The notes under the pieces were generated by a model that saw only the letters and a list, made by a program, of their open reading frames with translations, was not told the DNA's origin and searched no databases. From assembly GCF_009914755.1 (NCBI RefSeq), contig NC_060929.1: a DNA stretch of 64,000 nt; one strand, given 5' to 3'. Shown piece after piece: positions 51,687 to 64,000 of this stretch (the first letter of the stretch is position 1; each line of letters starts with the position of its first letter). The DNA comes from the human T2T-CHM13v2.0 reference genome, Homo sapiens. The translations under genes and the position numbers were made by a program.

Positions 51687-53389
51687 GTTAATGTAGTTGC
51701 TTCATAGTGTCACTGGTCTGTGTGTTCCTCTCTAAACTGGTTATTCTGGTTAACAGCTCCTATACTGTTTTATCATGCCTCTTAGCTTCTTTGCAGTGAG
51801 TTAGAACATACTTCTTCAGCTCAGCGAAGTTCATTATTACCCATCTTCTGAAGCCTACTTCTGTCAATTCATTTATCTCAGTCTCAGCCCAGTTTTGTGC
51901 CCTTCCTGGAGATGTGTTGTGATCATTTGGAGGAGAAGAGGTACTCTGGCTTTTTGAGTTTTCAGCATTTTTTTAAATTGATTCTTTCTCATCTTCATGA
52001 GTTTATCTGCTTTTGATCTTTGAGGCTGCAGACCTTTGGGTGGGGTTTTTGTGGGGTCTTTTTCATTGATGTTGTTGCTTTGTGTTTTTCTTTTAGCAGT
52101 CAGGCTGCTCTACCATAGGGCTGCTGCGGTTTGCTGGGGGTCCACTCCAGACCCTAATCGCCTGGGTTTCTCCTGCCCCTGGAGGTATCACCAGTGGAGG
52201 CTGCATAACAGCAAAGATAGCACCTCTTCTTTCTCTGGGAGCTCTGTCCCAGAGGGGCACCAACCTGATGCTGGCTGGAACACTCCCATATGTGGTGTCT
52301 GGAGACCCCTTGTTGGGAGGTCTTACCCAATCAGGAGGAGGGGGATCAAGAACCCACTTAAATAAGCAGTCTGGCTGCCCCTTGGCAGAGTGGGTATGCT
52401 GTGCTGAAGGAAATTTTCCTTGTCCGGGCTGCCCTGACTCTCCAGGGCTGGCAGGCAGAAAAGAGTAAGACCACTGATCTACAATCCTGTAGCCACCCCT
52501 TCTCCTAGTGGCTCATCTCAGGGATATCAGAGATCTGTCCATAACCCCCTGACTGGGGATGCTGAAATTCCTGCAGGGGGACTTCCCTGGTGAGGAGGAA
52601 TGGATCAAGGTCCAGCTTAAAGAAGCAGTCTGGCCATGAACTGTCCCAGCCGCTGTGCTGTGGGGGAATTGCTCCCAGTCCAAACTGCCCAGTCTCACTG
52701 GCACCGGTGGCAGGGGAAAACAGCCAACTGGAGCTGCAGTGATGCTGGCTGCCCCTACCCCCCAGAACTCAGTGTTCTTGGGCAGTCTCCAGCCTGCTGT
52801 GCTGGCCAGTGGGGATTTCAAGCCAGTGAGTTTTAGCTTGTGGGGTTCCGTGGGTGTGGGGCCCGCTGAGTGAGGCTGCTTGGCTCCCTGGTGTCAGCCC
52901 CCTTTCCATGGGAGTGGATGGATCTCCTGCCTCACTGAGCTCCTGGAGCTGGAGTAGGTAAAAACTCCTGCAGCTCTGTGCCTGCTCTGAGCAGCACCCA
53001 CCTGAGAAGCCGCCATAAGTCTGCACAGCTCTATGCTTTGGATCCAAGGCCCTGGTTGCATGAGCTTATGAGGGGACCTTCTGATCCGTGGGTTGCAAAG
53101 ATCTGTTGGAAAAGCATGTCTTTCAGTGAGGGGGTAGCACAATCCCTCACCACCTCCCTGGGGTGGGAGAGGGAGCTCCCTTTGCCCCGTGCAGTTCCCA
53201 GGTGGGCCCTCGCTCCACCCTGCTTTTCCTGTCTCTCTGTGGGTCGCGCCAACCGCCTAGTCAGTCCCAATGAGAGAACCTTGGTACCTTAATTGAAGAT
53301 GTAGCATTCACTCACCATTTTCATTCTCAGTGGGAGCCGCAAAGTGGAGCTGTTTCTATTCGGCAGTCTTGGCTGCTCCCCCACATATA

Positions 53390-53823
53390 CAGTTGACCCT
53401 TAAACAACATGGGTTTGAACTGTGCAGGTCCACTAATATGCAAATTTTCTTGCTCCTCTCCCACCCCTGAAACAGCAAGAGGAATTTCTCCTCCTTTTCC
53501 TCCTCCTCCTCAGCCTATTCAATGTGGAGAGAATGAGGATAAAGACCTTTATGAACATCTACTTCCACTTAATTATAGTAAATATATTTTCTCTTCTTTA
53601 TGATTTTCTTAATCACATAACCTTTTCTCTTCTCTAGCTTACTTTATTGTAAGAATACAGCATACAATACACGAAATATGTATTAGTTGATGTTATTGTT
53701 AAGGCTTTTGGTCAACTGTAGGTTATTAGTAGTTAAGTTTTGGGGGAGTTAAAAGTTATATGTGGATTTTTGACTGTGTGGGGCTCTGTGCCCCTAACCT
53801 CCAGGTTGTTCAAGGGTCAGCTG
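53390..53823 (+). mobile_element. Tigger2a/MER28 non-autonomous DNA transposon (TcMar-Tigger)
   Basis: TIRs cagttgacccttaaacaac ... gttgttcaagggtcagctg, flanked by TA at 53388-53389 and 53824-53825. Confidence 0.9.
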
Positions 53824-53825
53824 TA

Positions 53826-53997
53826 CACACACACACGAAGAGAGAGAGTGAGCATAAATATAAAGCAAATTTACAATGTTATTAATAAGTGCATCTGCGC
53901 TAAGGATATACAGGTCTTCTGTACATTATTATTAATTCTTAGAACTTTTCTCTGTGTTAGATTATTTCCAAATAAAAAGTAAAAAAAAAAAAAAAAG
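53826..53997 (+). mobile_element. L1ME/L1MC-type 3' terminus with poly-A (continuation of 46110-46570)
   Basis: taaagcaaat...aatgttattaataagtgcatct...ggatatacagg...aacttttctctgtg...attatttccaaataaaaagt followed by an A-run. Confidence 0.75.
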
Positions 53998-54411
53998 AAT
54001 TCAACAACAACCAAAAACAAGACTTTCTAATTTTCAGCATCATATTATTTGGATGGTTTTGGGGATGGTACACTTCACTACATCTTAAGCAAGTTGTTTA
54101 AGAAAATATTACAGGCAGAAGGCAAACTTCAATTAACACTCTAAAGCTGGGCCCTTAAAACAGGCAAAAATACATGGGTGGTGTTTACAAGTTGACGAAA
54201 GACATACTGTGGTAACAAAGCTGACAGAGTCTTGAATGAGAGCCAGTGGGGCCTCTAAGCAGAGGGGCTTCCTGTGCAGGGACTGTGGGTCTTCCTAGAT
54301 GTCACTGACAAGCATAAGGCTGAGGCTGGGGAGACATGTAAAGGGAAAGGAAGGAGAAAGGAAGCGAAACAGAGGAGGAACATGGAGACAGAAAACAGGA
54401 GAGAACTGTGA

Positions 54412-54533
54412 AAAGCAGCTACTATTCCTTGAGTGCTTACAATGTGCTGACTTTGTTTTCGGCTTATTTACTTGCATTTAATCCCCTCCCCTTGTTCCTA
54501 GTAACCTTACAAGGCTCTTGTTACTGTTTCCAC

Positions 54534-54570
<37 letters not shown>

Positions 54571-54678
54571 AACCCTGAGACTCAGAGAAGCGTCTATGCC
54601 AGTTAGGCAGTAGTAGAAGCTAATATTTAAACCAAAGTCTGTCTGACCTCAAAACTATTAACCACTATATTATATGCA
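54412..54678 (-). mobile_element. MIR with an expanded A/(GAAAA)n tract at 54534-54573
   Basis: ttgagtgcttacaatgtgc...ctgagactcagagaag...atttaaaccaaagtctgtctgacctcaaaac...taaccactatattatatgc. Confidence 0.75.
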
Positions 54679-57584
54679 CCCCACCCCGATCCAATGTCTT
54701 TGTGGGGAAAGGTAAACAAGGAGTCCTAACTGTTCTCTCAAAGGCCTGTTGGCAGCTCCTTGGCTGGGCCATTGATGTCAATATGTTAAGAACACTCACC
54801 TTGACTTTGGCTCTTTCAGCATTAAAATCACTGGAAGTCAATAAAAAACTACATGGTATGTCCCAGGGAGAAGCGTCTTAGATTGCCTATGCCCTTAAGC
54901 CAAAAGAAGCAATTCCATTTCTCATGTGGCCCCATGTAGTTCCAACTCCCTTTCCTTCCTTGTTATATAGACATGCACTGTGGGGTGTAAAAAGTTATTT
55001 AAGGGCCAAATACTACAGTACAGATGGAAAACCCTTGCCTCATGCAGAAGCAGCTGTGGAGTCCTTGGTATTATTCTTTCTTCTTAGACTGTCTGTTAAA
55101 GAAGCCAAGTGAAAATGTACTCTCTGGCATGACAGGCAGATTGTTTAAAGAGCTGCACACATCACAGAAGTATTAACTTGTCTACAAGGTTTTTGATAGG
55201 TCAGTAGTAGCTTTCTAGGTAGAGGCAATGATACTCATTTATAAGATGGAGATTTTCAACTTTCAGGTTCTATTTTTCCTACTCCCCAAACATGAAACAA
55301 AATTGCAATTCAGCCTGTCTCCTACCATAGTTACGGTCTGTGAGTTCATTTCTGTTTTTCAAAAACCAGGACGCACAAATTTAAGAGGACTATTACTTTT
55401 CAAAGACTTAATCCTGCCTTTTTTAAAAGCTAAAGCAAAGCTTATTATGCCCAAAGTGCAGACTGAAAAAAAGAGAATTGGCCAAACCAGCTGTTGTAGG
55501 GTGTGTAGCCCATTAAAAGTTATCTTGCTAATAAGAGGTAGCTACAACTTCTTCAGTCTTAGTTTTCTTGCTACTTTTCTATTTGCCAGATTTTAGATCC
55601 TTGTGTACAGATAATATATCTCATATATCTAAATGAAATCTTTCTCAAAGAACCAAAAGGATTATTACTACTAATCCCCAGTGTAGGCCCTAAATGCCAA
55701 TTAGTTTGTCTTTGGTTTTTCATTTGCTGATTGATTGGTTAAGTTTTTATTTATTTGTTTTTCTTTGTTGTTAGTGCAAAGATCAAACAAATACTATAAC
55801 TAACTAACTAATTAATTAATTTTAAAATGTACTGAACACTTATTCTGGGTTATATATGGTGACGCCATGATTTACTCCCTCCCCCAGAAACTCTCATAGT
55901 CTGAAAGGAGAGACAGAGAGTAGACAAACACCACATGAATATAAGTAGTCCTGGCTCTACCTTTAAGGTTGGCTACTCCTTCTCCTTCATTCCAGTGAAA
56001 ATATCTTCCTAACAGAAAAGAAACACCCAAAAGCAAACTCTCCCTCTGAAGGTATTGCTTCTGATGAGAAAGGGGATTTGGGAGTCAAAGAAGAGAACTG
56101 ACTTGATGTATGACATGTTCTTCCAGGCTTGTGGTAAGGCATGGACCTAGGAGTCTGTGGTCAGAAGCAGAGGATGGAGTCTCTTCTTATCTGGAGCAGC
56201 AAAGCTCTTGGAAATTGGTTGCAATCAAAATTAGGGTGCAGGTAGAGCATTGGAACATTCATTTTAAGCCAACAGAATAAAAAGAACAAGGAATAAATAC
56301 CTCTGAGAGCTTTATGAGAGATTTTGTCCCAGTCTTCCTTGAGTGCAGAGCAACAGGAGTGATGAAAGGAGAAGTCTAGTTTTCGAGCTATAGTTTTCAT
56401 TTTCAGAGTTCGAGTAACTGAACTATAAAGAAAAGTGCCCCCATGGAAGGCAAAAATTGGCTGTACTTTACTTTTTTTTTTTTTTATAGTGTAGTTACTC
56501 TATGGAAGCCTAACTAGTTTGACAAAGCAAAGAGTAATTGTCTACATATTTACTTCATGGGGAGAAGTATTATTTGGAGCACTTGCTGTAACTTCTTCAC
56601 ATAGGTCTCTGTTTGAGTCATATACAGAAATGTGACTTTGATGTATGGTTCATCAGCCAGAATAAAGGTTGTTTTTGACTTCTTGAAAGATGGTTGTGTG
56701 TGGAGACGAGAGGAAAAAATTATTAGTTGTATTTTTGGTTAATTTGAATTTAAATGGTAGAATCATGAACTGAATTTAGAGGCTACTTCAGCCAATGTTT
56801 ACTGAGAAATTCACCAGATGTTATGTGATTATAGGTGAGCACACGTGTAGAGGATTTTAAACACTAGTTAAAGTCTGAATCCAAAATTATTCTGTAACAT
56901 GTTTAATTGTTCTTTAAAAGACTCTTAAAACTAAAGAATAATGATGTTTGGGAGGTAAGCTTATCAAGGTCCAATCAGTGAAGCCAGATCTACATGAAGC
57001 CTCAAATCAACTTCTTCCTGGTGGGGTTTTAGAATTGTCTTAAATGACAGGAAAAATTGTCCATAACTGCAAGTGGAAGTAGTCATTAAGACAGGCACAA
57101 ACACCACCAAATAGACCACTTTTAAACTTAAATATGTTTCATTATTGGGCACTATAGTAAACTAGAACTGAACAACAGTGACAGCACTTAAATTTACCAG
57201 AAAGTTCACTTTCTGAGAAACTCCTTCCCTTCTCTATTCTCTCATACTTCAACACCTTATATGCGAGACATTAAAGAAAGCAAACTAAGAAAATATGCAT
57301 CACACCAGACTTGATCATATATGGGAAGTAAGGTGTGGCTGCCAAAGTTTGCAGGTTTGTAGTCGTCCCGAACATATTTGTGCTACTCAGCCAGTCACTT
57401 TGATATCATTGAGTCCATGAGGGACATTTAACAAGATCTAACTTGTCCTCTGGTCAGGACCAGAGGACTCTGGCCACATTGTGTCTGGAGCATTCCTCTC
57501 TCTTTCCTTGCCCTAATGTCCTCCCCAGTACTAAGCATGGTCTTTTGCTACTGGGGTCTCAACAATGGAAAATGATCCCATGCC

Positions 57585-59985
57585 TTTTTTGTAAATTTTT
57601 CTTCTGCAATTATTTTATTTACAGAACATTTGCAAAGACAGTCAAAGAATCTCTGTATCCCTTCACCTAGCTTTCCCTAACCTTAGCCATTCTATGTATT
57701 GCTATTTCATTACGGTTGGAATTTATATTTCCCTAATGACTAATTATGTTGAACATCCTCTCATGTGCTTATTGCCACCTAGATATCTTTTTTTGGTGAA
57801 ACTTCTCAGAAATACATCCCAGTTTTTTAAATTAGGTTATTTGTTTTCTTATTCAGTTTTGAGAGCTCTCTATATATTCTGGGTATAAGTCAGTTATCAC
57901 GCAGCTATTTTCTCCCACTGTGTGGTGCTTTTTCTTTTTGTATGTATGAGTTTTGGTTTGATATATCTCTACTATCTGAAGAATTTCTTTTAACATTTGT
58001 TATAGAGTACATCTGCAGGTAATGAATTCCATCAGCTTTTATTTGTTTGGCAGAGTCTTTATTTCTCCCTCAGTTTTGAGGGTTGTTTTCACAGGTTATA
58101 GAATTCTGGGTTGGTGGTTCACCCCGACCCTGGCCTCTCCTTTCCTCCCCTAGCACTCTAAAGATGTCTTTCCATTGTCTTCTGGTTTACATGATTTCTG
58201 ATGAGAAATCTGCTGTAATACTTCCCTGTATTCCTTCTTTTCTTCTTGCTTTCAAAATTTTATGTTTGTCTTTTATTTTCAGCAGTTTGAATACAGCAAA
58301 TGAAGGGGTGTGTGTGTGTGTGTGTGTGTGTGTGTTTATCTTGCTGGGTTTTCTATGGCCATCATGTACTTGCATTTGGTGTTTGCCATTAATTTTGGGA
58401 AATTCTTGGACTTTTTCTTCAAATATTTCTTCTGCCCTTTTCTTTCTTTCTTCTCCTTTTTGGGATTCCAATTGTGTGTATATTACAAATATCTTTGTTC
58501 CCCAGCTCTTGAATATTTTGGTTGTTTTCTTTTTCTCACTTTTGTTTCCCTTTGTGTTACAATCTCAGTAATTTCTGTTGATTTATTTTTACGTTAACTG
58601 ATGCTTTCATTGGTGGAGTTTAGTTTGCTGATGAGTCTGTCAAAATCATCCTTTAGCTCTGTTCCTGTGCTTTTCATGTTGAACATTTTCATTAGATTCT
58701 TTCTTATCTCTCTGATTAAATTACTCATCTGATCTTGCATGTATCTCACTTTTTTCTTTAGAGCATTTAATGTAATTATCATTATTTTGAAATTTTCTTT
58801 CAGATAGTTCATATAGCTGTGTTTTAGCAAGGTCTGGTTCTGATGGTTGCTTTGCTTTGTGTGTTCTTTCTTTCCTATTTGTATACCTTTTAATATTTTT
58901 TGAAAGCTGGATAGCTTGTATAGGACAGAGGAGACTGAGGTAAATAGTTTTTATGCCTGAAAATGGGCATATCTTTCCTTCTGTTGGGTCTTTAACATGG
59001 GAATTTGAGTTGGTTTAGTTAAGGGTGGAGCTAAGTTTGATATTTGCTATTGCTGTGATTACCCTCAATACTCCAGATGACTCAAATTTCTTAGTGATGC
59101 CTTATGTTTAAGGTGGTGATTCATTATCCAGAGCAATGTCTGTTTGGTCCTGCACCCTAAGTCTTTCCTCTCTACTTTGCCTTACAGTGGGTCTAATTTG
59201 CACATTCTTGCTCCTTCAATGGCCTTCTCCCTGCAGTATTCTTATTGTTATTTAAACTTATTTTCTTGGATGACAGTGGAAGAGAGCATTCTCTATTGTT
59301 ATAAATTTCAGGCTTATGTAGAATTTTAGGAGTGTGGCTTTCTTAATGCTTCTTCTCCTTCCCTGGCTGTTATTTTTGGTGCAGTGTGTATTTCTGCCCC
59401 TGACACAAGATTAGGCTTTTTTCTCTTTTAATTTTTCTTCTCTCAGCTACAAAGAATTTTTACCTACGCCTTAAAGGCAAGAGTGATTTTTGTTCCTGCC
59501 TAACCATCTCTTTTCCTTTCCCCACCCGTATAGTTTAAGACTTTTGTTCAATAGAGGAGACAGACAAAAAACTCTGGTGAAGTTTCCGGTTTCTCTCATA
59601 TAGCTGCTATTTTTCCCCAGGTTTGCCTCACAATTAAGACTTTCTATTTCTGTGATCAGCTGGTGGGGTTTGCAGGGAAAGAGGGGCAGGAGGGTATGAA
59701 CTCTTTAAATTTCTGTGTCTCTTAGTGGTTTCCTGCTGTCCTCCCAGTCTTGCTTTGGCCTTCATGAATTCACCAATTATTTGAGTCAGAATCTGATTGA
59801 TGTTCAGTTACTTTTGATCTAGGTAAGAGAGTGCTCATATCTCCTATCTCCCAGCAGGCAACTGTTTTTCCTAAAATTTTGAGCCAGTTATTTGTTTGCA
59901 AACTCAGTTCTCTGATGGGTTCAAAAAGTGTTATGGATTTAAATCTAGTTTAGCTCATTTTCCTTGTAAGATTAATAGTGATATT
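57585..59985 (-). mobile_element. Old, heavily deleted L1 (L1MC/L1MD-like): 3' end, ORF2 tail, ORF1 and 5' region
   Basis: 3' end acagaacatttgcaaagacagt...gtatcccttcacctagctttccctaa; minus-strand ORF1-like peptide AEEIFEEKVQEFPKI...KLLKIKDKHKILKAR...ITADFSSEIM; (TG)n at 58308-58335. Confidence 0.75.
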
Positions 59986-59994
59986 CCTTGCAGC

Positions 59995-60141
59995 TAACAT
60001 TGTCAGATAAAACACAGGATATACAGTTAAATTTGATTTTCAGATAAACAATGAATACTGTCTTAGTATAAGTATATTCTATACAAAATTTAAGTTTAAA
60101 TGGGTGTTCTATATTTTTATTTCCTATATCTGGCAACCCTA
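59995..60141 (+). mobile_element. MER53 (hAT MITE), internally deleted
   Basis: ttgtcagataaaacacaggatatacagttaaatttgattttcagataaacaatgaata...tgggtgttctatatttttattt...tctggcaacccta. Confidence 0.85.
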
Positions 60142-60186
60142 CTTTGAGCTCCCTATATCTTAGTGCTGAAGTTCCCATTATCATTA

Positions 60187-60412
60187 TTTTCTTCTTTCTT
60201 CTTCTTCTTCTTCTTCTTCTTCTTCTTCTTCTTCTTCTTCTCCTCTTCTCCTTCTTCTTCTTCTTCTTCTTCTTCTTCTTCTTCTTCTTCTTCTTCTTCT
60301 TCTTCTTCCTCTTCCTCTTCTTCTTCTCTTTCTTCTTCCTCTTCCTCTCCTTCTCCTCCTTCTCATCCTCATCCTCATCCTTACCTTCCTCCTTCTCCTC
60401 CTCCTCCCTCTT
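60187..60412. repeat. (TTC)n/(GAA)n trinucleotide repeat and polypyrimidine tract
   Basis: (TTC)15 at 60196-60240 and (TTC)19 at 60252-60308; no purine on the + strand from 60187 to 60364. Confidence 0.97.
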
Positions 60413-61372
60413 ATTATTATTCTTTCTTTTTTTTGGGGAAGTACTATCACAAACAAGTTTCATGATTAAAGAATGTTTTAAAACAAAGGGTATTTTTAAA
60501 AAGGATTTGAAAGAAAAATATAATAGTAAACACAAAAGAATCAAGTAATGGTGATATTTGGTGTTTCAATGAAGAGTGTATTTTTTAACTTGAATGATTT
60601 TTATCTCTCTGCTGCTCTCTCATGCATACTATATAAGCTGGACTGCAATTTAGCTTTAGTGATCAGTTTCATTTTTTCATTTATTCATTAATGATATGAT
60701 TTTTCCTACTTTGGGATCATGGAGTTCTGCGACAACTGTGGGTAGTGATGAATATTCTTCTGAGAAAAATTTGTATAACACTTACACTTATGATTTCAGA
60801 GGTTGACATATCTTGTAAAGACCTTCTATAAAACCTTAGATGAGGCAGAGAGGGAAGAATTATTGAATGTTGCCTCAGCCTATTAATGTCATGTCAAACA
60901 TACAGAGTGGTGTCATATATTATGGAATGTGAGACAGCATGCTGATTAGATATGTCCCAGTCTGATAACATTTTGGTCAAGGAGATACTTATTTTAGAAA
61001 TAGCTTAATTTAACCATTTTCTGCTTGAGATAATGATCCATTTGCATTTTTATTTATTTCTATGTTTCACATAGCTATCCATTGCACACAGCAGCAATTT
61101 TTTTGGACTTCCAAACTCTAGTAGTCATGCCGTGAAGCTAAACTTGGATGATCTATCAGAACAGACAGACCTGTATTATTTTCAATTGTGTTTCCTATCC
61201 TGGACATTTTTCAAAGTTATGAATTTCCATATTCACCACAGACATATTTCTCTACTTTCCATATATTATAATATTCCCAAATATAGTGGCTGAGTCATGG
61301 GGACAAAAGAATTTCATAGGAACATAAAGATGGTAACTTCTTTCCATAGTTCTTTAAGTTTCTTGTTCTAAA

Positions 61373-61522
61373 CAGGAGTTGGAAAGATACAGCTGGCAGA
61401 CTAGCATTGTCTATGGCTGTTTCATGCTTAAAGGACAGAAATGAGCCATTGTGACAGAGACTTTATGGTTCACAAGCCATATTTGGTATATGGTCCTTTA
61501 ATAGAGAGTTTGCTGACTTCTC
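61373..61522 (+). mobile_element. MER58A-like hAT-Charlie MITE, internally deleted
   Basis: caggagttggaaa...attgtctatggctgtttcatgct...ttgtgacagagactttatgg...tggtcctttaatagagagtttgctgac. Confidence 0.75.
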
Positions 61523-62086
61523 TTTTAGACAAAATACAAAGAAAGATAAGAAAAGAACAAATTAATACATGACCACAGGCTGTTGTGTGACTCATTTAGT
61601 TTCCACAGCAAGCTTGTTGCTATGTGAAATTTGCTTATTTATACTTAAATTCTTTAGAAGGCCCCAAGTTGCCCCGAGATGCTCAGAAGCAATTTGAATA
61701 GCCTCTTTAGGCTAGTTTGGAAAATTTCCTCAATTCTCCCTTCTATTTTCATCCCTCATTAGTTTTGGGATAAATATCAAGTACAGTTGAGAGCCAATCA
61801 GCTTGGGTTTTGGGATAAAAAATGAGCAGAGTTGAGAGAGAGAATTAGAAGTTTTATCTCAGCATGAGATCAGGAAGGAAAAGAGAGAACACTATGTAAT
61901 CCAATAATAAATGCATTTTATTTGGTGGTCTCTTTTATCATTATTGAAAATTTTGCCAGTGATTTTAAAAGGAAAGAAATTTTCTTTCTAATTTAGAAAA
62001 TCCTGAGAGGGCATTACATTTTTCTTTTTAAAAAATAGATCTATAGAATTTCTTGAAAGGTCAGTTGTAAAATGCTCTTTCTCACT

Positions 62087-62137
62087 GACACATACAGACA
62101 CATACAGACACAGACACAAAGACACACACACACACAC
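62087..62137. repeat. (CAGACA)n/(CA)n microsatellite
   Basis: Directly visible. Confidence 0.8.
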
Positions 62138-62784
62138 CCCTTTTGTAAAAATTTTTATCTGGATTCTGGGGCAAAGACTATGAGGCGAACATTTGGAATT
62201 TGGCCTTCTTTCTGCAGAGAGCTGTCAGGTATTACATAAGCTCTACAGAAACTGGTTTTGTTTGAGAAACTGAAATAGGCTACACATCTTGGAGTCTAGG
62301 TGCAGTTGACCAGATAGCTGATCCCAGCAGTAATCAGAGGTATTCTTTATACTTCTGTAAAAATAACAAAAAGATTAACTGGGAGTTAAACCTGCACCAT
62401 GGAATTAACTTAAACAAATATATTTGCTAGGGGTTCTCAATTGTTATACTGTATATGATAAACTGATACCCTGCAAACATTTCAGGTTGGGCCACTGAAT
62501 TTTGATCCAAGCATACAGTGTATTTGAGTTGTGATAGTGTGTATATGCTGTTGTGGCAGTGTCTGTCAGAGGAAATGTTGGGCTGAACAGGTTTTGTGCC
62601 GGTAGGGTGAGAAATGCTATGAATAAGAGATAAGAGGCATCATATTGTACTATAAAGCCAAGGAAAGTATATATATTTACTAGAATTTGCTAGAAATTTT
62701 GTTCTTCAATATATAAGAAACAAAGAACCATCAATACCTTAATCACTCCTTGACCTGTTAACATTGTGCTGAAAGGAGACAAAA

Positions 62785-63282
62785 TGCCTTAGCTTGGGTT
62801 CCTACCCCTTAACCAAAAACAGTCTGAAACAAAGGGTTGAGTGGCAGTTTATTTTGCAAAATGACTTCTTTGAGAGGAGGTTAACAGGTAGGAGGGAAAG
62901 CCAATGAAGAATAGATAACTGAGTTAATCACTGCTGTCAGTAACTGGTGCTTGATGTGTGCAACCTATATTTCAGAGCTGTCCATCTGTGAGACCAAAGA
63001 GGAAACATGTTTCCACTGGCTCCTACCCTTCACTGGTCAAGGGTTGCCCCACTGGGTGGTAACCCTCTCATAGTTCCAGGTCTGCACATGTGTAATGCTG
63101 AGCAAGTTCCCACAGGAGCCCCAGACCAGCGGTGTCAGAAAGTTCAGAACACAAAGTGAGCAATTAACAGTATTTACACTTAAGGAGAGGTGCTGTCAGA
63201 CTATACCTGCGAGAAGCTGGTTGCCATAGCAACAGCTGGACTACAAGGTGTACTGTGAGGATATTAGGTAGGAACCAGAAGC
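62785..63282 (-). mobile_element. LTR33/LTR16-like ERVL LTR
   Basis: tgccttagcttgggttcc...gtttattttg...gggaaagccaat...cactggtcaagggttgcccc resembles reverse LTR33. Confidence 0.6.
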
Positions 63283-63283
63283 G

Positions 63284-63560
63284 TGCATTAGAGTTATTTA
63301 TTGCTGGTAACAAATTACCCCAAAACGTAATGGCTTGAAACAATAGCATTTATTATCTCCATTTCTATAGGCCAGGAATTCAGGTGGGGCTTAGTTGAGT
63401 CCTCTGTTTCTCTCACAGGCTGCCTGAGAGTCCCAGGCATAGTTATAGTCATCTCAAGCCTCTACTTGGGAAATATCTGCTTCCAAGATTACTCACACGT
63501 TGTTGGTAGAATTCAGTTCCTTGTGAACTGGATTGGGTTGTTGCTAGTCCTTATGATACC
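63284..63560 (-). mobile_element. MLT1E/F/H-like LTR fragment
   Basis: gtaacaaattaccccaaaacgtaatggcttgaaacaa...ggccaggaattcaggtggggcttag...atctgcttccaagattactcacacgttgttggtagaattcagttccttg. Confidence 0.78.
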
Positions 63561-63759
63561 ATATGATATGGCAAGGTGAAACATTGGTAGAGGCATACGT
63601 ATAAAAATAGTCTCTCACTCCCTCTCTGCTTTCTTAACCCCTTAATTTTGGTGGTCTAGTTGCTGCTAAAAATAGTCTCAAAGACATTTATAGTTTACGT
63701 TGTGATGCTTTAGGGGTTCCCTCTCTGTACAGGACACATTCTAGGCAGCAGAGCTATTT

Positions 63760-64000
63760 CCTGAAGATGCTACTCCCTCTTTCTGAAATACCTTTTCCTT
63801 CCTGTTTACTAAATAAACTCCGATTTATCCTTTAAAGTCCTTCCCAAAAGCACCACCTCCGTGAAGCACTTCTGACTCCCCAGGCTTCATCCTCGGACTT
63901 ACTTGGAAATGTATCTTCTGCGGCTTTTATTCCATGTTTTTTAACTTCCATTTCTGTCCTACTGGATGGTGAACACAAGAGTCCTGTATTTATTCTGAAT
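63760..64000 (+). mobile_element. L2 3' region
   Basis: tccctctttctgaaatacctt...aaactccgatttatcctttaaag...cacctccgtgaagcacttctgactcccc...actggatggtgaacac. Confidence 0.6.

Noticed and set aside
59972-60548. Longest ORFs (190 aa poly-K/R/E; poly-L/F/S)
   Set aside because: Translations of the TTC/GAA repeat, which lacks stop codons; not a gene.
61288-61597. Two AP-1 (TGAGTCA/TGACTCA) sites about 300 bp apart
   Set aside because: 7-mer frequency is near chance expectation; no other support.
63040-63066. Small hairpin agggttgcc...ggtaaccct
   Set aside because: Short, imperfect and inside an LTR33-like repeat.

Overview
Primate (most likely human) non-coding genomic DNA: AT-rich, CpG-depleted and dominated by interspersed repeats. 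I find no credible protein-coding exon, structural RNA gene, CpG island or prokaryote-type system. Nearly all ORFs in the track are relics of L1, Alu, MaLR or simple repeats. Main elements: a THE1-type MaLR remnant (1-974); a two-LTR MSTA element with perfect 5-bp TSDs (11023-13749); an old minus-strand L1MB-like LINE (~21535-26920); a plus-strand L1PA11-13-like LINE with a ~270-bp tandem array in its 5' UTR and no 3' end (~30386-37373); and a TSD-flanked L1PA10-like LINE (46838-53382) carrying an AluSp and a HERV-K9/HML-3 solo LTR (MER9), inside a nested stack with Tigger2a and L1ME. There are seven Alus in total, plus MIR/L2/MLT1/LTR33/MER53/MER58 relics. The least routine signals are apparent DNA-repair scars: a 50-bp segment copied from 3.3 kb away into an L1 (22635-22684), an ~87-bp segment copied from 0.9 kb away with a fold-back tail (46666-46786), and three snap-back direct/inverted repeat clusters (2497, 10425, 37278). 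Also notable are a 178-nt pure pyrimidine (TTC) tract, a strong G-quadruplex motif and a 78-nt hairpin. Subfamily calls come from recalled consensus sequences, not a database search. Boundaries of old elements are approximate.
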